Assembly (NCBI GenBank): GCA_014905635.1
Contig: JABVCE010000003.1
Location: 806,001-870,000, forward strand
Length of the DNA: 64,000 bases
Direction: 5' to 3'
Source: Scenedesmus sp. PABB004
Taxonomy: Eukaryota
In this document: positions 1-13,100 of the stretch, one piece after another
Layout: each line of letters starts with the position of its first letter
Position numbering within the stretch: position 1 is the stretch's first letter
Program-made: the position numbers and the translations under genes
The notes under the pieces: model-generated
Databases searched by the model: none
Seen by the model: only the letters and a program-made list of their open reading frames with translations
What the model was told of the DNA's origin: nothing

Positions 1-79
1 GCCGCGGCCGCGCTGTCTGCGCGGCGCGCGCCGGCGCGACGTGACGCGCCTCCCCGCCGCCGCGGCGCCCGCCGCGCAG

Positions 80-2133
80 GGCAAGGGCCCCGCCGCGACG
101 GCGGTGCGCGACATCCTGGTCAAGCTGCGCCGCGAGAGCCCGCTGCCGCCGGCGGCCGCGGCGGCGTGCCGCATCCACCGCGCGGTGCTCATCGACCGCG
201 AGGTCGACCCCGTGACGCCGTTACTGACGCAAATAACGTTCGAGGGCCTCATTGACGAGGTCACCGGCATCCGCCACGGCAGCGCGCCCGTCACGCCCGG
301 GCGCCGCGACGGCGGCGGCGCCGGCGGCGGCGGCGGCGCCGCCGCGCGCCCCGCGGCGACGCTGCTGAACAGCTCGGATCCCTTTTACAAGGAGTTTCGC
401 GACCTGCCCTATTACATCACCAGCCAGCGGTGTGTGCGGCTGCACCGCGCGCTCTCTCCCTCTCTCTCTCGGCACGGCGCGCGGCCCGGCGCCTCGCGTC
501 AGCGCGCCGCCCCGCCGCGCCGCCGCCGCGCAGGCTGCAAGCGTACGCGCGCGACGCGCGGCGCGAGTACGCGGAGCTGGGCAGCAAGGACCTCAGCGGG
601 CTGAAGACCTTTGTCAAGGGCCTGCCCAAGCTGCTGCTGCTCGACCGGCTCAGCGACCTCGCGGCGCCCGTCGCCGCGGTGGTCAAGGAGCAGGCGCGGC
701 GCCGGCGCCGGCGCCGGCGCGGCGCGGCTTGGCGCGTCGGCGCGGCCGTGAGCTGAGCGTGCGCGCGCGCTCAGCGCCGCCGCCGGGGCTGCCCCGCACG
801 CACGCAGGCCTTCCACGACCGGCTGAAGACCGAGTCGGACACGCTGGAGGGCTACGACGCGGAGGAGAGCGTGGCGTTCATCACGGTGCGCGGCGCGTTG
901 CGGCGCGCGGCGAGCATATGGGCCGGTGGCGCGGCGAGCGACAGGGCCAGCGCGCGCCGCGTGCGTGCGCGCGCCCCGAGGCTCGCCCGCGCGCCGACCG
1001 GCGCGCGCCGCCGCCGCCGCGGCAGGGCCTGATGTGGCGCCGCGCCGACCCGGTCGTCGTGCTGCGCCTGCTGTGCCTGCTGAGCTGCACCGGCGGGGGC
1101 CTGCCCAAGAAGCACGGCGACGCGCTGCGCAGCGAGTTTCTGTCTGCGTACGGCCACCAGCACCTCCTCACACTCAACAACCTTGAGCGCGCGGGTGCGC
1201 GGCCCCAGCGGCGCCAGCGCCGGCGCCTGCGTGGCCGTCGCCGAGCGAAGGGCGGGCGGGCCGCGCCGCGCCGGCGCCGCCGCACGCCGCGCGCGCTGAG
1301 CGGCCGCGCTGAGCAAGCGCGCCGCGCCGCGCCAGGCCTGCTCAAGCCGGCGGGCGGCGGCGGGCGCGGGCACTGGGCGTCGCTGCGCAAGGCGCTGCGC
1401 CTCGTGGTGGCCGACCCCGAGGGCGCCGCGCTCGCGGCGGGGAGCCCCACCGACGTGTCGCAGCTGTACAAGGGCTACGCGCCCGTCAGCGTGCGCCTCG
1501 TGCAGGCGGCGCTCAGCGGCGGCTGGGCCCCGGTCGGCGAGGCGCTCTCGCTGCTGCCGGGCGGTCAGTTTGACGCGCTGCAGGTGCTCGAGCCGTCGGG
1601 CCTCGTGACGGACAGGCCCTGCAAGGCCTCCGGTGAGCCCTGCAGCACGCGCGCCGGCGCGGCTGTGGCGCCGGGCCGGGCGGGAGGGAGGGGGCGGCGG
1701 CGCCGCGCGCTCGCGCCGACCCGCGCCGACCCGCGCCGCCGCCGGGCCGCCCCGCCGCCGCAGCCGCCGCGGCCGGCGCCGGCGGCGCGGGCGGGGAGCC
1801 GGAGACGGTGCTGGTGGTGATGCTGGGCGGCATCACATTCACCGAGGTGCGGCGCGCCGCCGCCCGCCACTGCTGCCGCGCGCTCGGCGCCCCCGCCCCA
1901 GCCGCTGCGCCCGGCGCCGCCGACCCCGCCTGCCGACGCCGCCGACCGCCCGCCGCCGCCGGCGGCGGCCGCCCCGGCGCGCCCGCGCGCAGATCAGCGC
2001 GCTGCGCTTCCTGGCGTCGCAGCCGGAGGTCAACGCGCGCTTTCTGGTGCTCACCACGCGCGTCGTGAGCGGGCGCAGCCTGGTGGAAAGCTTCATCGAC
2101 GCCCCCGCGCGCAGCGTGCGCGCCGCCGCGTGA
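80..2133 (+). CDS. VPS33: Vacuolar protein sorting 33 (Sec1/Munc18 family), 5'-partial, multi-exon
   Basis: Spliced exons give LIDREVDPVTPLLTQITFEGLIDE, LNSSDPFYKEFRDL, LRLLCLLSCTGGGLPKK..LRSEFLSAYGHQHLLTLNNLERAG, YKGYAPVSVRLVQ and VMLGGITFTE|ISALRFL, all typical Vps33/Sec1 motifs. Stop TGA at 2131-2133; the gene starts upstream of the window. Confidence 0.9.
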
Positions 2134-2500
2134 GCGACGCGCCCGGCTCGGGGCGCGCCCTCCGCGCCAGGGGCGCGTCCCGGCGGGCTTGTGCGCGCGG
2201 CAGCCGCTGGGACGGGCGGCAGGGGCGGCAGGGCTGGCGCGGCCCGCGCGGGTGATGACCGGCTGAGGCTGTGCAGCACGCTGGCGGCGCCCGCGTGGTG
2301 ACCGCCACCCCCGGTGCTCTCGCGACGCGCCCCAACCCATTCCCGTGAGCTCCCTGCATCCCGACAGCCCGACCAAGCAGCGCGGACAGCCCGTTGCGCG
2401 CGCGGCCCGCGGCATCGGAACTCCGGCACTCGCCCCGGCCGCGCCCAGCCCCGGTCCGTCTCGCGCGCGCGTCATGAGCCACACAGCTGCACGACGCGCC

Positions 2501-3393
2501 ATGCGCGCCAGCGCGCTGGTGCTCGTCTGCTTCGCGGCCGCAGCGGCGCGCGCCGCTGCCCAGCAGGCCGGCCCGGCCGCCCGCGCGGGCGGCGCGGGCT
2601 GGGGGATGATGGGCGGCACCGGCGGCGGCATGATGGGCGGCAGTGGCGGCATGATGGGCGGCAGTGGCATGGCCGCCATGCAGGTGGGCGCGCGCGGGGC
2701 GGCCTGGCGCGGCTGCCTGGCCCAGCGCGCCCCCGGCGACGCGCCGCCGGCCACGCCCGCCGCGCGCGCGCGCGCCAGACCATCCACGCCCTGCTCAGCG
2801 CGCACGGCGACGTCAAGCGGACGGTGGTCGACACGCCGGTCGGGGTCGTTTCCCGCACGTGGTCTGCGCAGCCGGCCGTCGCGCGGCTCATCCAGACGCA
2901 CGTCGCGCAGATGCACGAGCTGCTGTGAGCGCGGCGCGGCAGCGGCGCTCGCCGGCGAGCGCACAACAGCCGCGGCGCTCGGGCGCGTGCGGGGCTCGAC
3001 CCCCTGCCGGCACGCGCGCGCAGGGAGGGCTGCCGCGCGGGCGCCGCCACGTGCGCGCGGCTGCGCTTCTGGGACCCCCTGTTTGCCGCCGTCTACGCCA
3101 ACGCCGGGTCCATCAGCATGCAGGCGCGCCGCCGCCGGGGCGGCGCGCGCGGCATGGGAACGGGTCGCCGCGGGCGGCCGTCGCGCGCCCCGCTCACCCA
3201 AGCGCACGCGCCGCGCTGCGCGACCGCCCGTGTGGGCCAGGTGACCGACACGGTGCAGGGTGTCAAGGTGACCGAGACCGGCGCCACCGCGTACGCCAAG
3301 CAGCTGGTCAAGGCCCACGCGGGCGTGGTGAGCAAGTTTGTGGCGAGCGGCCAAGCCGAAGCGATGCGCGCGCACGCCGCGCCGACGGCGTGA
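2501..3393 (+). CDS. Small secreted protein with Gly/Met-rich linker and an internally duplicated bacterial-like domain (4 exons: 2501-2683, 2779-2924, 3024-3123, 3241-3393)
   Basis: Signal peptide [23 protein letters not shown] repeats, then TIHALLSAHGDVKRTVVDTPVGVVSRTWSAQPAVARLIQTHVAQMHELLEG..RLRFWDPLFAAVYANAGSISMQVTDTVQGVKVTETGATAYAKQLVKAHAGVVSKFVASG. All splice junctions keep the frame. Confidence 0.75.
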
Positions 3394-3909
3394 GGGGGCG
3401 AGGTGTGGGGCCAGGGGCGGCCAGCGAGTGGGACGTGAGGGGCTGTGGCGTTGCAAGCGACGTTGAGGCCCGGCGACGTCCGGCCGCGCGGCGCGGCTTG
3501 TGCCCTGGCGGTGCGCCTGCCGACAGCGGCGTGGCGGCCACCATGGCGCACGCGTCGCGTCGCCGCGCTCATACACAACAGCTCCACAGCCGGCGCCGGC
3601 CCCACGCACGCAACAGCCCGCCTGCGCGACGCCGCAGCAGCAGCAGCAGCTCGCGCCGGCGCCGCAGCACGCCCGCCCCCTGCGGCCGCCTGGGCGCCCG
3701 CTCGCCCCGCCGCATCGATCGCCCCCCAGCGCTCCGCAGCCGCAGCGCCCCGCGGGCCGCCGCGCCTCGCCGCGCGCCGACAGCAGCGCCGGCGCCACAA
3801 GAGCGCGCCGCCCGGCCGCCGCCCGGCCGCGCCCTCCCCGCCGCGGCCTCGCGCGCGCCAGCGCCCAGCGCCGGCAGCAGCAGCAGGCGCAGGCGCAGCA
3901 GGTGGCGCC

Positions 3910-5506
3910 ATGTTTGAGGCGCGGCTCGGGCAGGGCATCCTGCTGGTGAAGCTCGTCGACGCGATAAAGGACCTCGTGACGGATGCCAACTTCGAGGCCA
4001 CCTCCGAGGGCATCAGCCTGCAGGCCATGGACACCAGCCACGTCTGCCTCGTCGCGCTGTCGCTGCGCGCCGACGGCTTTGACCACTACCGCTGCGACCG
4101 CGCGATCACGCTCGGCATCAACCTCACCAACCTCGCAAAGCTCCTCAAGTGCGCGGGTGCGTCCCGCCGGCGCGCCGCGCGCCCCGCGCGCCGCGCTCGC
4201 GCACGCGCGCGCGCCCGCTGCGCCCCCGTGCCGGCGCAGCCGCGCCCAGCTCACCGCGGCCCCGCGCCCCGGCGCCCGCCGGCCCGCCGCCCGCCCGCGT
4301 GGCGGGCAGGCAAGGACGACACGATTGCGCTCAAGGCGGACGACCAGCCCGACATGCTGAGCCTCATGTTTGAGGACCCCAAGCAGGACCGCGTCGCGGG
4401 TGCGCGCGCCGCCGCGCGCCGTCTCCTCTCCCCCCCTCTCTCTCTCTCGCTTTCTCCCTCGCTCTCTCTCTCTCTTCCTCCTCCCTCTCTAACTCCCCCT
4501 CTCTCCTCCCTCTCTCACTCCCCCTCTCTCCTCCCTCTCTCTCCCCCCCTCTCACCGCCTGCTCCTCCCACCCCCCCGCCCCGCGCCAGACTTTGCGCTG
4601 AAGCTGATGGACATCGAGGGCGAGCACCTGGGCATCCCCGAGACCGACTACTCCGCGACCGTGCGCATGCCGGGCGGCGAGTACGCGCGCATCGTCAAGG
4701 ACCTCGCCAGCATCGGCGACAGCGTCGTCGTCGCGGCGGCCAAGGACGGCGTCAAGTTCAGCACCGCGGGCGACGTCGGCACGGCCAACATCACGATCCG
4801 GTGCGCGCGCCGCGCGCGGGAGGGCGCCCGCGGGGCGGCGGCGCCGGGGAGGGAGTGGTGGGCGCCAAGGCTCCACGCCCCGCGTGCGACCGCCCGCCCA
4901 CCGCCGCGCTCGCGCGCGCCCGCCGCGCGCGCGCAGCAACTCGAGCGCCGCCGACCTCAAGCCCGAGCAGCAGACCACGGTCGAGCTGCAGGAGGCCGTC
5001 AGCCTGTCCTTTGCGCTGCGCTACCTCAACAGGCGCGCCGGGGTGGCGGCGGCGGGCGGCGCCCGCGCCCGCCCACGCACGGCGCGGGCGCCGCGCGGCA
5101 CCCACACACCCGCTCGCGCCCACCCGCTCGCGCGCCCGCCGCCGCGGCGTGCCCGCCGCCGCACAGCTTCTCCAAGGCCGCGCCGCTGTCGAGCCAGGTG
5201 CGGCTGAGCATGAGCAAGGACCTGCCCATCGTGGTGGAGTGGACCATCGGTGCGCCGCGGCGGGGCGCCCGCGCGCGCCGCGCTGCGGCGGCAGGCCCGC
5301 TGTGCAGCCCGCTGCGCGCCCCGCGCGCCGCCGCCTGCAGCTGGGCCCGCCCGCCCGCGGCCGCCGACGCGCGGCGGCGGCGCGCCCGCCCGTTGCTGCT
5401 GCGCGGCGCGCAATCAGGCGACATGGGGCACCTCAAGTTTTACCTCGCGCCCAAGATCGACGAGGACGAGGACGAGGCCCTCGGCGACGCCCCGCAGGAC
5501 GACTGA
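3910..5506 (+). CDS. PCNA: Proliferating cell nuclear antigen, multi-exon
   Basis: [73 protein letters not shown] (across a GC-AG intron), [11 protein letters not shown], stop TGA 5504-5506. Confidence 0.98.
4422..4580 (+). repeat. Pyrimidine-rich (CT)n/(CCT)n tract in a PCNA intron
   Basis: Directly visible ctctctc/ctccc low-complexity run. Confidence 0.8.
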
Positions 5507-5513
5507 GCGCTGG

Positions 5514-5693
5514 GCGGCGGGGGCCGCGGGCGGCCGAGTGGGGCGGCGCTGGTTAACGGCGGCCGCGGCGGCAGCGAGCGGCGCGGCGCGTGGCGCAGCG
5601 CGGCGGGGGCCGCGGGCGGGCGAGTTGGGCGGCGCTGGTTAACGGTGGCCGCGGCGGCGGCCAGCGGCGCGGCGCGCGGCGCAGCGCGGCGGG
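5514..5693 (+). repeat. ~86-bp imperfect tandem duplication in the PCNA 3' region
   Basis: Unit gcggcgggggccgcgggcgg..gag..gggcggcgctggttaacgg..ggccgcggcggc..gcggcgcggcgcg..ggcgcagc occurs twice, with GGTTAACGG at ~5551 and ~5637. Confidence 0.75.
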
Positions 5694-6007
5694 TCTCAGC
5701 GCGGCGCACGCCCTGTCGCGCCCCTCCGTCGCCGCGTGCGCCGCACACCCCTCTTCCTTGCTGTCAAATCGCGCCGCGCCAGCGCCTCGCGCACCGGGCG
5801 CCGGGAGCGTGCTGTGCGGGGGCAGCAGCAGCAGCAGTTCTCAGGCCAATCGCGTCGCCCTTTGGCGCCACGACAAGCGCAGTGTTGGCGGGACTTCGCG
5901 GCGAACGCGCGGGGCCCGTCGGCGCGCGCACGTCGCCGTCGGCGCGCGCAGAGGATTGCAGCGGCCACGCCGGCCGCGCGCGGCCGCGCGCAGCCGATCC
6001 CCCCAGG

Positions 6008-9000
6008 ATGAGGATCGAGGTGACAGTGGAGATTGAGCCTCATGAGTACGAGGCGGCAACGGAGCTGCTGCGCACGCTCAAGTGCGCCGCGGCGGCACGA
6101 GCAGCGGCTGATGCGCCGCGCCGGCGGTGGCGCTGCGGCCGCGCCGTGCGGTGGCGCGCGGCCGGGGGGTGGTTCCCGCCGGCTCGCGCCAGACGCCACG
6201 CCTGGGAGGGCGCGCCGCGCCAGCCCACGGCCTGGCGAGGCAGCCCGCCGCGGCACGGCCGGCGCAGCGCCAGCATCACGTGCCGCGGCGCCGCCCGGCG
6301 CGCGGCGGCACGGCACGCTGCTCAACCCGCGCCGCCCGCGCCGCCTCCGCCCCGTGCCGTGCAGCCAGCTCACGCAGCATGTGAGCGTGCGGCGGCGGCC
6401 CGCCGCCGACGGCGGCGCGCCGCCCGCGCCGGCGGCAGTGGCCGTGCCCGCGCCGCTGCCCGTGCCCATTCCGGTCCCGGCACCGGTCCCGGTGGCGGCG
6501 GCGCCCGCGCCCGCCACCGAGATCGAGGTGCGCGCGATGTTCACCGGCCTGCTGCGCCAGCTCGCCGACGGCCAGCGCCTCGACAGGGTGCGCGCCGCGC
6601 CGCCCGCGCGCGGGCGCCGACGCAGCTCCCCCGCGCTGCGCCGCGCCGCGCCGCGCCGCGCCCGCGCCGCCCACCCCGCGCCCGCGCCCGCGCCGCCCGC
6701 CGCCCGGCGCGCAGGTCGCCGCCGAGGTCGCGCGGCTGTTTGCGGCGTCGGCGCTGCCGGCGGCCGCGCTGCAGGCCGAGTTTGTCGAGGCGTTCATGCT
6801 CGCCGCGTTCGACCCCGCCAACATCAAGGGCCGCGAGACGCCCATCAGCGTGGTGCGCGCCCGGCGCGTTGGCGGCGCGGGCGCGCCGCCGCCGCTGGCG
6901 CGCCGCCGGCGCGCGGCGCCGCGGCGCCCACGCGCGCGGCCGCCGCCCGCCGCCCGCTGTCGCCGCGGTCGCGGGGCGCAGGTTCCGTTCATGCAGGTGC
7001 TGCCGCGACTGCCGGACGCGAGCCGCGAGGCGGTGAAGAGCAAGGTCATCGCCAAGGTGCGCACGCTGCGCGCGCGGTGCCGCCGCGGTGCGCGCCAGCA
7101 CGCGCGCGGCGCCCGAGCCCGCGCACCCGTGCGGGTGGCTGGTGCGGGGGGCTGGGCGCGCGCGCGGAACCCGGCGCGCCCCGATCGCGCCCGCGCGCTC
7201 CCGCGCGCAGGTGCTGGGGCACCTCAACATCAAGCGCCCGGGCGTGTCGAACCGCGAGGAGTTTTACCTTCAGGCCGAGGCGTTTGCGGGGCTGGTGGAG
7301 ATGGGCCTCGTCGGCATCGACGGCGCGCTGCAGACAATGGCCAAGCTGCTCAAGAACGCGGACAAGCGCGCCGCCGCAATCACGACGCTCGGCAAGACGG
7401 TCGAGCGCTGCAAGGAGCAGCTCGGCGGCGCCAACCCCACGCACCTCAGCGCGCTGCTGGAGCAGCTCGACGGCGTGGCGGAGGCGGCGTTCCAGTATGA
7501 CATCACCTGGATCAACTCCACGCTCGGCCGCACGCGCGGCGCGGCGCCCGCGCCGGCGCCGGCGCCGCAGGTGCGCGCGCGCGTGCACGTGCGCGGGCGG
7601 CAGCGCGCGGGCGGCAGCGCGCCGGCGAGCCGCGCGCCACGCGCCCCATCCCACGCCCCGCCTCCCCGCCTCGCCGCGCGCCAGGCGCTGCCGCCGGCGG
7701 GCTCGTCGGCGGCGGCGCCGCCGCGCCGGCGGCGGCGGCGCTGCCGCCGAGCGTCGCGGGCGCGCCGCGCAGCGCGCTGCGGCTCAACACGAGCGGCGCG
7801 TTCAGCAGCCCCGCGCTGTCCCAGAGCGTGGGCGGCACGTTCTTCGCGCTCGCGTGGGACCCCAAGGGCCAGCACCTCGTCGCGGGCGGCAAAAACCTCC
7901 CCGTCGTCGTCTGGGGCGCCGACGGCAGCGTGCAGCACAAGTGCGCGGGGCGCGCCGCCGCGCTGCCGCGCCGCCGCGCCGCGCCCGTGCTGGGCGGCCG
8001 CCCGCGCCACCGCGGGGTCGCCCACGCGCACGCGCTGCTGCCCACCCCCGCCGCAGCATCGACGCGTCCGGCATCTACGTGTGCTGCGTCGACGTGGAGC
8101 TCGCCAACCAGCTCGTGCTGATGTGCGGCATCTACGAGACGCCCCCAGGGCCCTGCAAGTCGCGCATCGCCGTCTACGACGGCCGCCCGGGGCAGGGCTT
8201 TGCGCTGTGGTGCGGCGGCGGGCGGCGCGCCGGCCGATGCTCTGCGCGCGCCCGCGCGCCGTGCCCGCGCGTGCGCCGCGCACGCGCGGGCACGGCGCGT
8301 GCGCCGCGCCCACGTGACGTCCGCTCGCCGCGCCGGCCGCGCGCCGCAGCGGCGACATCCTGCGCCCCGAGGTCGACATGACCGCCGTCGTGCGCGCGCT
8401 GCCAGGCACGCCCAACCTGGTGACGGGCGAGAGCGTGCGCACGCACGGCGTCGCGCCCGACGGCAGCGCTGTGTTTGTGGAGCAGATCAGCCTGTATGAC
8501 CTGAACCGCGTCATGACGCCCGGCAGCGGCGGCGCGGTCGACCCGGTCATGGTGTTCCGGGACCACCACAACCTGGTGACCTGCCTCGCGCCGCTCGGGC
8601 TGCACAGCCCCGGCGTGTTCGTGTCGGGTGCGCCGCCGCCGCCGCGAGTTGCCGCCGCGCGGCGCCCGCGCTGGGGCAGCTCGGCGCGCGGGGCGGGGGC
8701 GCGGGCCGCTCACGCGCGGGCGGGCGCCGCGGCGCGCCCAGGCTCGCGCGACAACACGGTGAAGCTGTGGGACATCCGCTCGGGGGCCAAGGCGGTCGCG
8801 ACCATGGGCGTGGCGGGCAACGGCGCCGAGTTTGCGGCCTCCACGCACAGCGAGATGGTGACCTGCGTCGACGTGGCCGGCCAGCTGGTCGTCAGCGGCA
8901 GCCTCGACGCGAGCGTCGCGGCGTGGGACCTGCGCGCCACCACGGCGCGGCCCGTCGCGTCGGCGGGGCCCAACTCGGTGCGCGCGGCGCGGGGCCGCGG

Positions 9001-9280
9001 CCGCCGGCCGGGGGCGGCGGGCGTGAGGCGCCCCGGCCGCGCGCGCGCATGCCGGCGACCGCCGCGGCCGCCGCGGCCGCCGCCGGCGTGCGCGCAGATC
9101 TGCACGCAGCACGGGCAGCAGGCGGTGTGGACCAACAGCGGCATCCTCAAGGTCAGCCTGGACGGCACGCCCCTCGACAAGCTCGTCGCGGTCGCCACTG
9201 TGCAGGGTGCGGCGGCGGACCGTGTGCTGCGCCGGCCCGTGGCCGCGGCCGCGCGCGCGACCTTGCCGCTCACGTGTTTT

Positions 9281-9313
<33 letters not shown>

Positions 9314-9515
9314 GCACCCGCGCCGGCGACGCGCAGGGCTCTACACGGTGGACTTCAGCGGCGCCACGCCGATCATCAACGCCGCGAGCGCGTACGACGG
9401 GAGCGGCAAGCCGAAGCAGTACAACGACATCAAGTGGACCGCCGGCAGCGGCCGGCTCTACGCCGCGTTCGGCGAGACCGCGAGCGTGGACGTGCTGGAC
9501 CTCGCCGCCGCGTGA
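6008..9515 (+). CDS. Protein with N-terminal helical (MIF4G/HEAT-like) region and C-terminal WD40 beta-propeller; multi-exon, apparent 1-nt indel near 7724
   Basis: Starts MRIEVTVEIEPHEYEAATELLRTLK; helical block AEAFAGLVEMGLVGIDGALQTMAKLLKNADKRAAAITTLGKTVE; WD repeats FVSG|SRDNTVKLWDIR and VVSGSLDASVAAWDLR; stop TGA 9513-9515. Confidence 0.75.
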
Positions 9516-10109
9516 TGCGCGCGGCCGCGCGCGGGCGCGGGCGCGGCGCGGGGCGGGCGCGGGCGCGGGCGCGGAGCGGGCTTCTGATGAGAGTGACCAA
9601 GAGCTTCCCGCGCGTGCTGCGCGCGGCGCGCGCGCGCGGACGGCCGGGAGCCTGCTGCAGCGAGCGCGCGCGGTGTGGCGGGGGTCGAGTTGTGCGAGTT
9701 GGAGCGCTGGTCTCAATCGGACGACGCTGGGTGCCGGCGGCGAGCTCCGGTCAGCAGCGCTGGCCGCCAGCGGCGGCGGCTCTCGGGTGCGCCTGCGCGT
9801 GCGGGGGCAGGTGCCGGGTGTCGGGCGCCCAGGCCGGCTCGCCTGCGCGCGCCTCTGCGCGCCTCGGTGGCAGTGACATCGATGTGCCCCAGTGCCTTCC
9901 GCTCTCAGCAGCCCCGGTACACACCGCCGCTCTCCCCTCGCCACACACATTCAATCTGCGGCACGCGGTCGCGGCTCCAGCAGCTCTGCAGCGCGCACAC
10001 AGCAGACCCCGCCCGGAGCAGCAGCACTCCCGCATCGATCGCCGCCCGTGGCCGCCATGCGCGCGGCTCGCAGCGTGGCCGTGCCGACGCGCCGCGCGCG
10101 AGGGCGCGC

Positions 10110-13100
10110 ATGAGCGCAGTGAGCTGCCGGCGGCCGATGGGGCCGCCCGGAGCGCGCAGCGCCGCGCTGGCGGCCCTGCTGGTGCTGGGCCTGGCGCGTG
10201 TAGTCGCGCTGCCGACCGGTCCCGACCACAAGCCGTGCCCCGGCGTCGCGCGGGGCGTGTGCAGTCGAGCTTGCCGCCTGCACGTCTGTGAGTCCCTGGC
10301 CGCGTTCTACAGGGCCACGCTCAACGACACCGACCCCTGGGACAACGAGGAGGGCTGGTCGGACACGCTGGCGCGGCCCTGCGAGGCGCTCGTCGGCCCC
10401 GGCGGCGGCGCGCTGCCGCTGCCCGCCTACTGCTCCTGGTGGGGCGTCTCGTGCTGCACGCCCGGCGGCATGGCGGTCGGCAACTGCTCCGCCGTGGGCG
10501 CCGTGACGGAGATCCGGCTGCCCATCAACAACCTCAACGCGAGCGTCGCCAACGCGAGCATGGTGCGCCCGCTGCAGCGCCTGCACGACTGCGGGCTCAC
10601 GGTGCTCGACCTGGAGGCCAACAACCTCGTCGACGCGATCTCGGAGGCCTGGGGCGACATGGTCCACCTGCGCCTGCTCAACCTGGGTGCGCGCCGTGCG
10701 CCGGCCGCCGCGCCGCCTGCCAGGCTGCGCGCGCGCGCCGCGCCGCGCCGCGCCGCGCGCCCATGCCCGCGCGCGCGCGGCAGGCAACTGCTGGATCGCG
10801 GGCAGCATCCCGTCGACGCTGCGGCGCATGACCAACCTTACGTTCATCAACCTCTCCAACAACTGGCTCAACGGCACGCTGCCGAGCTGGCTGGACAAGC
10901 TCACCGAGCTGCAGGTGCTCAACCTGGGGTCCCAGTTTGGCGACAACGCCGGCACCGACGGCGTCGTCGGGCTCATGGGCACCGTGCCGGGGCAGCTTGG
11001 CAAGCTCAAAAAGCTGCGCGAGCTCAACCTGGAGGCCAATGCCCTCACCGGGACGCTGCCGCCCAACCTCTGCTCGGGCGGTGCGCGGCCCGCGGCGCGC
11101 GGGCGGGCGCGGCAGCAGCCGCCGCCGCCGCGCACGGCGCCACCGCCGCGCGCGCGCTGCGGCTGACCGCGCCGCGCCGCGCCGCGCGGCGCCGCGCCGC
11201 CGCAGACGACAGCGAGCTGCTGGTGCTCAACCTGCGCGGGAACCAGCTTGAGGGCGACGCGCGCGCGGTGGAGGAGTGCGGCAACCTGGTGCAGCTCGAC
11301 ATCTCGAGCAACGCCTTTGACGGCCCGCTGCCCGCGAGCATCCACTGGGACGAGCTCGCAACATACCGCGCGTCGCACAACGCGTTCTCCGGCGCCTTCC
11401 CGCTCACGCTCGCGACGCACGGCCGCATCCTCGAGCACCTGGACATCTCCAGCAACGCGCTCACCGGGACCTTTCCCAACCAGATCACGCTCCTGAGCGG
11501 GCTGAAGAGCCTCGACATCGCCGACAACAGCTTCACCGGCACGCTGACCGAGGACGTCTACTACCTGCCCGCGCTTGCGTCGATCGCCATCTCAAACAAC
11601 GCCTTCGTCGGCACCATCCCGCAGGCCATCGGGTGCGCGGCCGCGACCGCGCGCGGCGCGGCGTCCGAGGCGCGCCGCCGCGCGCTCACGCGCACGCTGC
11701 GCGCCGCGCGCGTGGCTGGCGCGCGCCGCAGGCTCGCGTACAGCCTCGAGCTAGCCGACCTGAGCAACAACCCCGGCCTCACCGGCCCGATCCCGCCCGA
11801 GATGGGCCTGCTGGAGGGGCTGTCGATCGTGCGGCTCCAAAACACGAGCTTCTCGTGCGCCGGCATCACGCGGCCGTTCACAATCTCGACCAACGCGAGC
11901 TGCACCAACGTGACCAAGTGCACCACGCCGCACCTCTTCTCGACGCCCGGCGCCAACGAGCACGTGTGCAGCGAGGCGGAGCAGCTGCCCTGCTTCCTGC
12001 ACTTCAGCGACTTCCTCGTCCCCCGCGACGACGCGCAGTCCAACATGCGCTGCCGCGTCATTCAGCGCCTGCCCCTCGACGCCGCGCGCACCGCGTGCGA
12101 GGGGTCGTCGCCGACCGAGCTCGCCGAGCAGGCCGCGCTGCTGCCGGAGCTGCACCAGACGTACGAGCAGACCTGGTGCGGCCGCGGGCGCGCGGGCGCG
12201 GGCGCGCGCGATGGGCGCGCCGGGCGCGCCGCGCGGCGGCGGCCCGCTGCGCGCCCCGGCCCGACCGCAGCCGCCGCTGCCGCTGCTGCCGCCGCTGCGT
12301 CAGGTCTGTCGACCCCTCCTACTACCAGTACCAGGCCTGCGAGTGCCTCATCGTGAGCCAGCGCCGCGGGCCGCGCTGCCGGGGCGGCCGCGCGGCGGCC
12401 CCGCGCGCGCGGCCGCCGCCAGCCTGCTGTGCCGCGCCGCGCCGCGAGCGCGCCGCGCCGCGCCGCGCCGCAGGGCTACGAGGCGCGCTGGAACGAGCAC
12501 CGCACCAAGCTGACGTGCGTGCCCGACTCTGGCGGCTCGTTTGCGGAGTACAAGCGCACCGCGGGCATCGTCGGCGGCATCGCGGCGCTCGTCGTCGCGG
12601 TGCTGTGCGCGCTGGTGTGGCGTCAATACCTCACCACGCGGCCGCGCTGGCTGCGCGAGCGCGTGATGCAGGCCAAGCGCATGAAGGGCGCGCCAAAGTG
12701 CACCAAGCCCGGCGACAAGACCGTCGTCTCCATCGTCGTCACGGGTGAGCGCCGGCCGGCTGCGCCGCCGCGCCGCGAGCCGGCCCGCCGCGCCGCGCCG
12801 CGCCGCGCCGCGAGCCGGGCCGCCGCGCCACGCCGCGCCGCGCCGCGCCGGCTTCTCGCGCCCACCTGCCGCGCCGCGCCGCTGCGCCCACTCGCCGGCG
12901 CCGCCAGACGTCAAGGACTTTAGCGAGCTCACGCGGCGCTGCCCTGAGCTCATGAACAAGGCCATGGGCGGGCACAACAACATCCTGCGCAAGGCCTGCC
13001 ACACGCACGCCGGTTACATCATGGACCAGGCGCGCGCGCCGCGCCGCGCCGCGCCACCTCTGCGCGTGCCGCCGCGCCGACGCTCGCCGCGGGCCGCCGC

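Noticed and set aside
5861..5868. E2F-like site TTTGGCGC near PCNA
   Set aside because: It lies downstream of PCNA, upstream of the WD40 gene, and a single GC-rich 8-mer is not significant here.
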